Assembly (NCBI GenBank): GCA_002269645.1
Contig: NIVC01003326.1
Coordinates: forward strand, 1-33,854
Reading direction: 5' to 3'
Length of the DNA: 33,854 nucleotides
DNA from: Macrostomum lignano
Taxonomy: Eukaryota
Part shown: one piece after another, positions 1 through 10,205 of the stretch
How the letters are laid out: each line of letters starts with the position of its first letter
How positions within the stretch are numbered: position 1 is the stretch's first letter
Position numbers and translations under genes: made by a program
The notes under the pieces: model-generated
The model's input: the letters and a program-made list of their open reading frames with translations, nothing else
Told to the model about the DNA's origin: nothing
Databases searched by the model: none

Positions 1-480
1 GAACACTACCAGCTTGTGACACGTCTCCGAGTCCAGGGAACACTACCAGCTTGGTGAGATGTCTCCGTGTCCAATGGAACATACCAGCTTGGTGACACTC
101 TCCGAGTCCAGGGGAACACTACCAGCTTGGTGAGATGTCTCCGTGTCCAATGGAACACTACCAGCTTGGTGACACGTCTCCGAGTTCAGGGGACACTACC
201 AGCTTAGTGACATGTCTCCGAGTCCAGGGAACACTACCAGCTTGGTGAGATGTCTCCGAGTCCAGGGGAAACTACCAGCTTAGTGGAACAACAGATGTTT
301 CCGAGTCCAGGGAACACTACCAGCTTGGTGATGTCTCCTGTCCAATGGAACACTACCAGCTTGGTGACACGTCTCCGAGTCCAGGGGAACACTACCAGCT
401 TGGTGACATGTCTCCGAGTCCAGGGGAACACTACCAGCTTGGTGAGATGTCTTCGAGTCCATGGAAACACTGCCAGCCTT
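1..480. repeat. Minisatellite, about 37-38 bp unit, about 13 copies, running off the window edge
   Basis: Head-to-tail copies of GAACACTACCAGCTTGGTGA(C/G)A(C/T)GTCTCCGAGTCCAGG with no unique spacers. Confidence 0.95.
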
Positions 481-603
481 TGTGCATTGTTCTCGTGAAA
501 CAACTTCAAGTTTTACGTCCTGTTACACCCCCTATCGGTCTTTGAAAAGTGTCTTAATCGATTTCTATTCACAGGTACGCAATTATCGCATACACACACG
601 GCG

Positions 604-1053
604 ATGGCGTTCGATAACAGCGACTTGCGCTTCTACCAGGAGGTGCAGAACGCTCGTCGACAGCTCAGCGCGCTGGATTCCTTAATAAGATGCGGTAACA
701 GAATCACCATGCTGGACAACAGCCGCAATCGCAGTGCAGCAACGCAGGCCGAGCAAGTCTACAACCTGGTGTGCAGTGTCGATCACTTGGCTAGAATCAA
801 TTCCGAAGCTGAGTCTTCCAGTTTCCGAGCGACTTACACCAACGAATATTTCGTATTTGCGCAATTGGAGCTGCAGAAAGCCACGAAGGAGTTGAATCGG
901 CAAGAGGACGAGCGGTTGCGCAACTTGCAGGAGCGAGAGCGCGATCGAGTTCGAGAAGAGTTTCGAACGAGACGCGATGCGGCAATGAGTACAGAGATGG
1001 ACAGAGTTGCTAACGAAATGGCTGCTCAGATTGGGTCGGTAATGATAGAGTAA
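604..1053 (+). CDS. Unknown coiled-coil protein (149 aa ORF), probably an internal or first coding exon
   Basis: GC-rich, non-repetitive ORF with an E/R-rich helical C-terminal half. An acceptor-like TTTCTATTCACAG ends at 574 and the frame is open from 577. No family recognised. Confidence 0.55.
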   Translation: MAFDNSDLRFYQEVQNARRQLSALDSLIRCGNRITMLDNSRNRSAATQAEQVYNLVCSVDHLARINSEAESSSFRATYTNEYFVFAQLELQKATKELNRQEDERLRNLQERERDRVREEFRTRRDAAMSTEMDRVANEMAAQIGSVMIE

Positions 1054-1122
1054 ATCGATGGAGATTTTATTGTTTCCTTTAATACATGTATGTCTTATAC
1101 CGATATGTCAGTGCGAGCCACT

Positions 1123-1462
1123 AACAAGTTTCCCCGCAGGAAGTTTCCGCCCAGGAAGTTTCCCCGCAGGAAGTTTCCCACGCAGAAAGTTTCCCTGCAG
1201 GAAGTAACCTCGCAGGAAGTAACCTCGCAGGAAGTTTCCTCCCAGGAAGTAACCTCGCAGGAAGTTTCCTCCAGGAAGTAACCTCGCAGGAAGTTTCCTC
1301 GCAGGAAGTAACCTCGCAGGAAGTTTCCTCCCAGGAAGTAAATCGCAAATGGTTTCCCGCAGGAAATTACCCCGCAGGAAGTAACCTCGCAGGAAGTAAC
1401 CTCGCAGGAAGTAACCTCGCAGGAAGTTTCCCCATAGGAAGGTTTCCTCCGCGGAGGGGTTT
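1123..1462. repeat. 15-bp tandem array (GCAGGAAGT + AACCTC/TTCCYC), about 20 copies
   Basis: Directly visible periodic repeat; it generates the spurious TSCEV/NFLRG/KLPAR ORFs. Confidence 0.95.
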
Positions 1463-1576
1463 TTGCTGGCCACAATTAACACGACAGGCGCACTCTTTAC
1501 ATCAATATTGCTACTGAAAAGTAGTCTGTCGCAGGAAAATGTGATAAATTAAAAAAACTTGAACTTACGTTCTCAG

Positions 1577-2198
1577 CAGAGGAAAGTGCTTCCCCTTGGA
1601 CGCGACGGTGATGACTCCGCACGGCCGGGTCCGCCTCTCCGAGCTCTCTGCGGGGCAGCCAGTACTCAGCCTGCAGGACGGCCGGCCGCCTTTTCGCGCC
1701 GTCTTCATGTGGGGCCACCGTGACGAGACTGCTTGGTCGTCCGACTTTGTGACGGTGTCGACACGAGCGCCCAGCTGACGCTCAGCTCCGGCCATCTGCT
1801 GTTCACCTCGGCTCAGCCCGACGGTCGGGCGACCCGTCTGTCCGCCGTGCCTGCGCGCGACATCCGGCCGGGACTCGCCGTGCAACTGCTGGACGAAGCT
1901 GGACGACAGCCGCGGCTCGAGACGGTGGTCGAAGTTCAGCGAGGCGTCACTCGCCAAGGCCTGCTGGCTCCGTTCACCCTGACCCGGCTGCATCGCTATT
2001 GACGGCGTTCTCGCCTCCTGCTACATCGACTGCCTGCCGCACGCCGTGTCGCACGCGCTGCTGGCGCCGATCCGCGCCCTCTGGCTGGGCGCGCCGTCAT
2101 TCGCCGTCACTTTGAACCGCATCGGCTGCCGCAGCGGCGACGGCATGCCCGGCTGGGTGCGCCTCGCCTGCAACTACCTGCTGCCCGCTCTGAGATGA
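1577..2198 (+). CDS. Hedgehog-type Hog domain (Hint autoprocessing module + sterol-recognition-like region), terminal exon with two frameshifts
   Basis: Acceptor TTCTCAG(CAG) at 1576/1579. Translation GK|CFPLDATVMT (Cys codon 1587), GHRDE, LTLSSGHLLF (block B, S-x-x-H), GLLAPFTLT-GCIAIDGVLASCY, then LPHAVSHALLAPIRAL, stop 2196-2198. Frame changes near 1760 and near 1985 restore the original frame; these may be assembly indels or decay. Confidence 0.85.
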
Positions 2199-2250
2199 TA
2201 ATCAAGCAACGTTCGTGAAATTTGCAGTATCTAACTTTGAAAGTATTTTC

Positions 2251-2334
2251 TAGGGATTCCAAAATCCCGACAATTTACAATCCCGGGATTGAGAAATCCT
2301 GAAATCCCGATGGTTTAAAATCCTGGGATCACTA
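2251..2334. mobile_element. Short MITE-like element with ATCCCGGGAT motifs
   Basis: Begins TAGGGAT, ends ATCACTA (imperfect inverted termini); same motif family as 3345-3719. No TSD seen. Confidence 0.4.
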
Positions 2335-2699
2335 ATATAGCTAGCTATGCAGTATCAATGTAAATTATCAAAGTGAATGTCATGTTTAATGCCACGTTAC
2401 AGTGTTAGACATCACGCAACTGACGAACATGTGAAATTAAATTACACCTTACGAAAACGAAAAAAAAATTAAATTTCTGCTTAACAAACTGATCTAACAA
2501 ATTTTGCTGCTTTTATGTGTGATTTCGATACAGAAATGCAGGCTGTAGTTGTATTATTTCATAATTGAGTTTAAACGTATATTCTATTTTAAACCTACGC
2601 CAAATAATTTGCTTAACTACGAATTTTTGTTTAAATGATGTGTTTGTTTTAACGAATGATTTTATATTTAGGGAAATTATTTGTTTAAATTGATAAAAG

Positions 2700-3271
2700 A
2701 AATTTGTTATTCACAAACCCGCGCACCCATCCTCCCCTAGTAGAACCTATAAATACAAGCGTTTTCGGGCAACTTTTTCTCCGCCGCGCGATTCTCCGAT
2801 TCGGTTAAGAAAGCAAATCGTGTTGGCTCGGTTCACTTGGAAAGCAGAAAGGAGAGAGAAGCTGTAAGAAGCCAGAAGGAAGGGCTATAAGAAGCCAGAA
2901 GAATAAGCTGTGAGAAGCCAGTAAGAAAGAAGCAAACCAACGGTCGCTTAGTTGGGCAACTCCTTCCCAGGGTAGCCGCTCTATGACTGGAAATTAGGAG
3001 TAGAAATTAATGCATTAGATCAGTGTTTGCCGCTCGACACTGCTACCAGGACTACTTGCATAATTTCAAGGAGTCCTTAGACTAAGATTCTGGACTTAGT
3101 GTTTTCCTAGGAATAATAAATGACTGAAGTCGTACACTAGAGTGATAGATATTATAAATTTACCACAACTAGGTGGCATCAGTAGGATAATTCAAGGAAT
3201 AATTTAAGTACACCTACGACAACTTGGTAACAGCAGTGGGATTTGAATAGACAGAAGTATCCTCTACGACA
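2700..3271 (+). mobile_element. Possible LTR remnant followed by primer-binding-site-like motifs
   Basis: TATAAATA near 2748. ...ACGACA-ACT-TGGTAACAGCAGTGGGAT at 3225-3242 resembles the complement of a tRNA-Leu 3' end, with a second similar motif at 3174-3188. No gag/pol and no paired LTR seen; left boundary approximate. Confidence 0.3.
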
Positions 3272-3344
3272 TAATTTTTAAAGTAGAATCTTTTTTTTCA
3301 TATTTTACATGAATACTTTAGTTGAAAAAAGAGAATTAAAATCA

Positions 3345-3719
3345 GTTTGAATCCCAAAACAATCCCGGGATTTAAGCCTTACAATCCCGGGATCCCAATC
3401 CCGCACTGTTGTAATCCCGAGGATCATAAATCCCGAAATTTCAAGTCCCAAAAAATCCCGGGATTGAAATCCCATGTTTTGAGGCTAAATCCCGGGATCC
3501 CAATCCCGCACTGTTGTAATCCAGAGGATCATAAATCCCGAAATTTCAAGTCCCAAAAAATCCCGGGATTGAAATCCCGTGTTTTGAGGCTAAATCCCGG
3601 GATCCCAATCCCGCACTGTTGTAATCCCGAGGATCATAAATCCCGAAATTTCAAGTCCCAAAAAATCCCGGGATTGAAATCCCGTGTTTTGAGGCTAAAT
3701 CCCGGGATTGGAATGCCTG
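3345..3719. repeat. 105-bp tandem repeat (3 copies plus partial) rich in ATCCCGGGAT palindromes, probably a DNA-transposon subterminal array
   Basis: Unit starts at 3383, 3488, 3593 and 3698; ends GGGATTGGAATGCCTG, resembling the inverse of a TAGGGATT-type terminus. Confidence 0.85.
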
Positions 3720-4096
3720 GTATTTTCCTGATCTAGAGAGTTCGTAGCTCAGCGGTGAAATCCGGAAAACAAATATTAAAAAATGATACAAAATCTTCAC
3801 ACCGGTATGCCACACACTTCTTTTTACACGGGTAGTACACGAATCCACTTAGAGTTTCTGTCAAATTCAAAGTCAAGTGGTCAAAACGTTTCTAGATTAT
3901 ATATTTCATCAGCTTATAGTCCTGAACTGATACTGAAGTTCCCATATCCTACTTTGAATGTGTTACCATCCAAATGAAAATTTAACAAGGGAAGCATCTC
4001 GAATGCGAAAGATTATATATCAACCTTTCGTTAAACTAAGCAAGAAGTTACTCTTTGAGGCTTAAATAAAAATTAATAAGCTCTCACTTGCGAGCA

Positions 4097-4282
4097 CCCG
4101 CAGGGGTTTTCCGGTAGGAATTTCAAGTCAAATCCAGTCTATAGACAATGCTGGACTAGACTAGAACTAGAATAGACTAGGCTAGACTAGACATAAACTG
4201 GAGTAGATTAAAAACTAGACTAGATTAGATTTCAAATCCAATTGGATTTGACTTGGAATTCCGACAGGAAAAACCCCGCGGG
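4097..4282. mobile_element. MITE with about 40-bp imperfect TIRs and an internal (CTAGA)n-like tract
   Basis: CCCGCAGGGGTTTTCCGGTAGGAATTTCAAGTCAAATCCA (4097-4136) is inverse to TGGATTTGACTTGGAATTCCGACAGGAAAAACCCCGCGGG (4243-4282). Confidence 0.75.
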
Positions 4283-4492
4283 CAGACCTCGGCGGGAGCC
4301 AATTTTATGAGTGGCGCGAGAGTCAGACGCTGCTGTGTCCCTAAACCAAACTCTAACCTTTTTTGTTTTACTGAATTTTGTAAAAGTAATTGTTTTCTTC
4401 AAGTTGAAAACCAAATGAAAATTCCGGAAGTTGAAACACACGAACCGGTCACTGTGAAAATATATTATTCATATTTAATATTCAGACAAGTG

Positions 4493-5320
4493 GGGTGGGT
4501 TTCACAAACGCGAAATTTCATAACCGCTAAAAGCACTTGCTTTCATAAACGCGAAACTTCACAAACGCGAAACTTCACAACCGCTAACTTTTTTGCAGTC
4601 ACTTTCATAAACGCGAAACTTCACAACCGCGAAACTTCACAACCGCTAAATCACCTACTTTCATAAGCGCTAAATTTCATAAACGCGAAACTTCACAACC
4701 GCTAATTTTTTTGCAGTCACTTTCATAAACGCGAAACTTCACAACCGCGAAACTTCACAACCGCTAAATCACCTACTTTCATAAGCGCTAAATTTCACAA
4801 CCGCGAAACTTCACAACCGCTAAATGTCGTCTACTTTCACAACCGCTAAATGTTATCTACTTTCACAACCGCTAAATGTCATCTACTTTCACAACCGCTA
4901 AATGTCATCTACTTTCACAACCGCTAAATGTCATCTACTTTCACAACCGCTAAATGTCATCTACTTTCACAACCGCTAAATGTTATCTACTTTCACAACC
5001 GCTAAATGTCGTCTACTTTCACAACCGCTAAATGTCATCTACTTTCACAACCGCTAAATGTCGTCTACTTTCACAACCGCTAAATGTCGTCTACTTTCAC
5101 AACCGCTAAATGTCATCTACTTTCACAACCGCTAAATGTTATCTACTTTCACAACCGCTAAATGTCATCTACTTTCACAACCGCTAAATGTCATCTACTT
5201 TCACAACCGCTAAATGTCGTCTACTTTCACAACCGCTAAATGTCGTCTATTTTCACAACCGCTAAATGTCATCTACTTTCACAACTGCGAAACTTTACAA
5301 CGGCCAAATGTCCTTCAAGT
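4493..5320 (+). repeat. Left foldback arm: outer TTTCA(C/T)AA(C/A)CGC modules, then about 18 copies of 26-bp TTTCACAACCGCTAAATGTC(A/G)TCTAC
   Basis: Directly visible; mirror image of 11770-12713. Confidence 0.93.
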
Positions 5321-5509
5321 TATCATTTTTGCAGGTTTCTGCGGTTTATGAATTATTTTTAACACAAATCGTATTGAAAAAACTACACGACACTGCAGGC
5401 TGTACAACGCGGCGCACAGCCCATAGACTGCGGTTATAATTTTTTAAAGGACGTTTTGAAAAAGCTACCTACTTACATTACAAGCCACAACTGATGTGCT
5501 AAGCTAAAC

Positions 5510-6990
5510 CATAGAATTATAGATAATATGGAAGTGAAGTCTTTTAACAAGGGTTTGAAAATTTTTAAATAACCGGGCCCTGAGCTGGCCGACTGTTTTT
5601 TCTTATTCCCTTTGGCTTTGACAAAACTGGGCCGTTGCTTCCCATTCCATAAAAGGGGTATTGAGTGAGGGGCTGAGGGCCAATGAAATGTGGATACTAG
5701 AATATGAGCACTGAGCCGTTGTACATGGGTCCGAAACAACTTTTTAGGGTTTAGGGTTAGGTTATGGGAATATTGTAAAGATAGTGATAACTGCCATTTG
5801 AGTGCAATAAGAAAACTTGGTGTGTAGTTTCAGTCATTCTCACGTCAAGTTAAACTGACAAAGAACGGGTGATGGCTGTATAATGTGCTTGGGGATTCAA
5901 AAAAAACCCTTTCTATAAACAGTTAACTGTATAGCTACTCGCTACCCTCTGCAAAAAGAAACGCGGGACCATGGCGGGGCAGGAGGGGATGCGGGTAAGA
6001 GAAATAAACTGTACAGTTACGAGCTAGCTCGTATATACGCAAGTCTTTGTTGTGTTGGTAAGATATAAGAAAACTTACAGGAGTTGCCAGAGAAAAGAGC
6101 AGCTCTGTTTTTATCATAGCAGGTTTCAGTCACACAAGAGCTTCAAAATCTGCCAGGCTCCTTACAGATTGCAAGCTCTGGTCCAGACGGTACCGTCAAG
6201 CCTCCTCGATTAATCTTTCACAGGAACGTAGAAGGGGCTTCGTTAACGCCTCCTTTATCTTCAACAGCAACCAGCAGTTCGGCACAGGCTCGCTCGACAG
6301 TTTTTTTTGCATTGAAATCGACTTGGCAAACTTGCCTGCGACATAGAAAGTGACGATGTCATCAGCATCTCACAATTCACCCACTGCCTCCAGTTCGCGA
6401 ACGAATTCCTTGACTTCTTCATCTATGCCTCGGGTGCTGCTTGATGATTCCACTGCAAGGTAGGTACTGAATATCCTGAGGCGCAACTCCACTGAACTGC
6501 TTTTACAGATTTTCCAGTCGCGCACGTAGTTTTTTCTACATCAGTAAGATGGCATAGCTGCCAGTCCATATCTGATCTGACTTGATCTCGGCTGCAATCT
6601 TTCCTGTGCCTATCGATTGTGCTCGTCCTCACGTTATGAACATGCCAGGGTGGAACAATGGATCGAACAAAATTGCTGTCTCATTCCACTGCTTGCCTTG
6701 ATTTTGATTTTTTAAACGCTTTTTTGATCAATCATGCTGCAAGTCAACTTTGAAGCCAGCTTCAAAGGCTTTCGCTCTTCAACGTTTACAGATTGACCGA
6801 GGAGGCTCAAGTGTACCGTCCGAACCAGCATTTGTAATCTGTACTGTAAGGAAACCTGATAGATTTTTAAAATAATCAAGAATCAGGAATAAGATTCAAT
6901 GGAAATCCTATGCTCACGTTACTTTCAAGTCGGCCCGGTTATGTAAAGGTCCAAAAAAGCCTTCGCTTCCATATTATCTAGAGTTCTATG
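5510..6990 (-). mobile_element. Non-autonomous P-element-like transposon nested in the MULE
   Basis: TIR CATAGAATTATAGATAATATGGAAGTGAAG versus inverse CATAGAACTCTAGATAATATGGAAGCGAAG; 7-bp TSD GCTAAAC at 5503-5509 and 6991-6997; decayed P-type transposase inside. Confidence 0.85.
6130..6600 (-). pseudogene. Decayed C-terminal fragment of a P-element/THAP9-like transposase
   Basis: Manual translation gives VTFYVAGKFAKS...C..C..LL...KINRGGLTVPS with stops and frameshifts, resembling the YIAGY...RGGLxxPS region of P transposases. Confidence 0.55.
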
Positions 6991-7041
6991 GCTAAACCAT
7001 GATATCTGCGTTTTTAGAGCAGAGCTGCCTATTGGTTCAGC

Positions 7042-7074
7042 CATGGACTTCTATACTAAGTATAGAAGTCCATG
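7042..7074. mobile_element. 33-bp perfect palindromic insertion with 7-bp TSD (ultra-short P-like MITE)
   Basis: CATGGACTTCTATACT-A-AGTATAGAAGTCCATG flanked by GTTCAGC at 7035-7041 and 7075-7081. Confidence 0.75.
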
Positions 7075-8060
7075 GTTCAGCTCAGCTTTATATACATGTA
7101 TGTATTAATAATAATAGAATTTTGTACCTTTTATTTATGGTCCTCTTTTTATTATACAGGCCCATGGCTTCTTAGTCTCCAAGTTAATATTAAATTTTAT
7201 TTTTAGCTACTTAGTTTTCTACAAAACAGCTATATTATAAAATGATTTTTTTCTATAACTCGCTACTAAGCTAACTAAAACTGTATAGCTTATGGCATTA
7301 TACTCTGATTCGACTAGAATCTTATAGAAATTTTAATAGATGATTTCTGACTCACAATTTTATGACCTATGCCGTATGGTATACTTAAGTAGGGACTTCA
7401 GTGAGGGTCCCGTGACCGTGACTTGCCAATATGCTTACATTGAAAAGTAAAGAGGAGAAATAAGAGAGTAGAGACGAAAAATAAGAGCTAGAATATAATA
7501 AAAAAGAGAGTGCAGAGATGAGAGATTAGAGATGAAAGAGCAAAGAAGAGAGGGGAGAAAGGAGAGTCTTGGTCTGGAGACAATGACAGCCAATTTTTCC
7601 AAACAGGGAAAACAAGATATGATATTTCAAAGGTTTCATTGTGGATTTGGAGAGGATTTGAAAGATGAATTCTGGTCATGGGATTATTGAGCTGATGAAT
7701 TTCAGGGAATGGAATTCTGGCAATGGGAGTTCTATCCCTATTCTTCTTCAATGGAGGATTTTCACTTTTACATTTAGTACCAAAAATATAGAAGTGATGT
7801 CAAAAAAGACAAAACTGGGATTGTCTTGCCAACTTAGCAATACAATAATTTTTTAGCAGAGTTGCCCATATGCTATAGTTTAGATTTCTATCTACAAATA
7901 GTAATAGATTTAGAATATTTGGAAGTGTAATAGGATCATATTTTAAGTGGTTGTACATACACTTAGTTGTATTTTTATGAACAATGTAATCAAATGGATA
8001 TTACCTTTCAAAATTTTCCTCTTTCAGTACGCTATCTTCATCAAATAAACGATACCACAA

Positions 8061-10205
8061 ATGCCATTTGAATTTGTTGAAGGCCGTAGGGGCTCAAGGC
8101 TTCTCCTAATAGACCAGCATGCATACAGGTGCAAAAGAACATTGAACGAGAAGCACTATTTTACATGTCGTAATGAAGACTGCTTCGCCAAAGTTATGCT
8201 GAGTGGTGAGACTGCCACACACAGTGGGATTCATAACCATGGTCCAATCCCTGATGAAGAAATTGGAAAGATGAAGTTAAAGCGACGACTAAATGAAGCT
8301 GCGACAAGACAGCCAGAAAAGCGCCTACGAGTAGTTTTTGACGAAATAACAAATGATGAAGCAGCTGGGCCAGATGTTGGATTTCCAGAAGTGGAGCTCC
8401 GCATGTGGCGAGCAAGACGAGCTGTACAGCCTCGAATCCCAACATCTGTTGATGAGGCTGTTGAACTTCTGCATGACGTGGACATGCATCTGCAAAACTG
8501 CGGAGCAGATGGCAAGAAAGTTTTCCAGGGAAGCAGTCAAGTTGACCAGCATGCTGCTGTTTTTTTTGCTCACCCTGAACTCCTGGCTGAGCTTCAAAAT
8601 GCAAACAACATTTTCGTTGATGGCACATTCCGAGTTGTGCCTCGCCTGTTTTTTCAATTAGTGACCATTGGAATCGTTAAACAAGGTTTCTTTTTTCCTT
8701 GCTTTTTTGCGCTACTTACTGGCAAGACAAAGGCCCTCTACCATTTAGTGTGGTCGAAGGTAAAGCAGCTGTTTCCTGCCTTCGAGCCACTGAGTGTCAT
8801 GACGGATTACGAAATTGCGCTGCGAGATTCGCTGCTGGAAGCATTTCCGACATCAACCGCTCATGGATGTTGGTTTCACTACACGCAAGCTGTCCTCACG
8901 AAGCTAAAAAAGCTTGGACTATGGAGTGAAGTGTGCCGCAACACTGACGTTCGAAGCTATGTGAGACTGTTTTTGTGCTTGCCTCTGCTTCCTGCGCAAC
9001 ACCTTGCTGCACTTCATGCTGTCCTGCGACCTGAGACATTTGTTACAACACTTGCCAATGACAAGATGGAAGCACTGCATCGAGCCTACACGTACATCCG
9101 GACCTACTGGCTCGAGAGGGTTGGTGCAGCCATCCTCTCTGTGCACAACTGCGAAGACAGGACCAATAGTAAGCAGGAATCCTACCATAGTCAATGGAGG
9201 ACCTTTGTAGAGACCGCTCATCCCAATATGTGGGATTTCATTGTAGCGCTTTATTCCTCAACGAAAAGAAGCATTTGTTCAACCTATGCAGCTGACCTAA
9301 ATAGGCTAAAACGTGGTGTTCCAATCCGCCGAGCGCGAGGAAAGCGCAGTGTACTAAAAAGTATCCGCATTCGGCAGCAGTATGACCTGTTAAGCAGTGG
9401 ACGGGCAACTCCTCTGGAGGTTCTACGCAATTTGAGTGCATCAGCTGGTCTCCCTCTAGACGACCCACATGATGCTGCTGAACTGGCTGTAGGTCAGTTG
9501 CCAGACGTCGCCCAGCCGGCCCTTGGCGGCGCCGGTGGGCAGCCACAAGACGACGTCGCCCAGCCGGCCCTTGGCGGCGCTGGTGGGCAGCCGCAAGTCA
9601 TCGCCCAGCCGGCCCTTGGCGGTGCTGGTGGGCAGCCGCAAGACGTCGCCCAGCCGGCCCTTGGCGGCGCTGGTGAGCAGCCGCAAGACGTCGCCCAGCC
9701 GGCCCTTGGCGGCGCCGGTGGGCAGCCACAAGACGACGTCGCCCAGCCGGCCCTTGACGGCGCTGGTGGGCAGCCGCAAGTCATCGCCCAGCCGGCCCTT
9801 GGCGGCGCCGGTGGGCAGCCACAAGACGACGTTGCCCAGCCGGCCTTTGACGGCGCTGGTGGGCAGCCGCAAGTCATCGCCCAGCCGGCCCTTGGTGGTG
9901 CTGGTGGGCAGCCGCAAGACGTCGCCCAGCCGGCCCTTGGCGGCGCTGGTGGGCAGCCGCAAGTCATCGCCCAGCCGGCCCTTGGCGGTGCTGGTGGGCA
10001 GCCGCAAGATGACACCGTCGACCAGGGCCTTGGCGGCGGCGAACGACGATGCCCCGTATGTCTAGAAAACTTAGACTCTGCTTCCGCCACATATCCCTGT
10101 GGTCACGTTGTTTGTACCATCTGTTCAGAGAATATTCAGATCAGACTACTGCAGTGCCCTGTGTGTCGAGGCGATTGTGTGATGTTCATTCCTATTTTTT
10201 TCTAG
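8061..10205 (+). CDS. MULE transposase (FLYWCH + DDE) with Gly/Pro/Gln repeat linker and C-terminal C3HC4 RING finger, 714 aa
   Basis: N-terminal YFTC..C...HNH (FLYWCH-like); catalytic VDGTF, MTDYE, GCWFHYTQAV (CxxH), RTNSKQESYH; C-terminal CPVC...CGHVVCTIC...CPVC. Uninterrupted ORF, with an upstream acceptor TTTCCTCTTTCAG near 8027. Confidence 0.95.
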   Translation: MPFEFVEGRRGSRLLLIDQHAYRCKRTLNEKHYFTCRNEDCFAKVMLSGETATHSGIHNHGPIPDEEIGKMKLKRRLNEAATRQPEKRLRVVFDEITNDEAAGPDVGFPEVELRMWRARRAVQPRIPTSVDEAVELLHDVDMHLQNCGADGKKVFQGSSQVDQHAAVFFAHPELLAELQNANNIFVDGTFRVVPRLFFQLVTIGIVKQGFFFPCFFALLTGKTKALYHLVWSKVKQLFPAFEPLSVMTDYEIALRDSLLEAFPTSTAHGCWFHYTQAVLTKLKKLGLWSEVCRNTDVRSYVRLFLCLPLLPAQHLAALHAVLRPETFVTTLANDKMEALHRAYTYIRTYWLERVGAAILSVHNCEDRTNSKQESYHSQWRTFVETAHPNMWDFIVALYSSTKRSICSTYAADLNRLKRGVPIRRARGKRSVLKSIRIRQQYDLLSSGRATPLEVLRNLSASAGLPLDDPHDAAELAVGQLPDVAQPALGGAGGQPQDDVAQPALGGAGGQPQVIAQPALGGAGGQPQDVAQPALGGAGEQPQDVAQPALGGAGGQPQDDVAQPALDGAGGQPQVIAQPALGGAGGQPQDDVAQPAFDGAGGQPQVIAQPALGGAGGQPQDVAQPALGGAGGQPQVIAQPALGGAGGQPQDDTVDQGLGGGERRCPVCLENLDSASATYPCGHVVCTICSENIQIRLLQCPVCRGDCVMFIPIFF
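9504..10035 (+). repeat. In-frame 45/48-bp coding tandem repeat, 11 copies of (D/V)(V/I)AQPALGGAGGQPQ(D)
   Basis: Counted in the 714-aa translation. Confidence 0.95.

Noticed and set aside
234-545. ORFs in the 38-bp minisatellite
   Set aside because: Translations merely mirror the repeat period in several frames.
1090-1482. ORFs in the 15-bp array
   Set aside because: Stop-free by repeat composition and present on both strands.
3347-3736. 129-aa ORF with 35-aa repeats
   Set aside because: Direct translation of the 105-bp tandem repeat.
4800-5300. 26-bp arrays (and the 38-bp array at 1-480) as CRISPR arrays
   Set aside because: Units are contiguous with no unique spacers, there are no cas genes, and the context is eukaryotic; the 26-bp arrays are transposon arms.
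5742-5768. TTTAGGGTTTAGGGTTAGG telomere-like motif
   Set aside because: Only 2-3 degenerate units inside a transposon; not a telomeric array.
9456-10090. Antisense and alternate-frame ORFs over the transposase repeat
   Set aside because: Shadows of a GC-rich coding tandem repeat.
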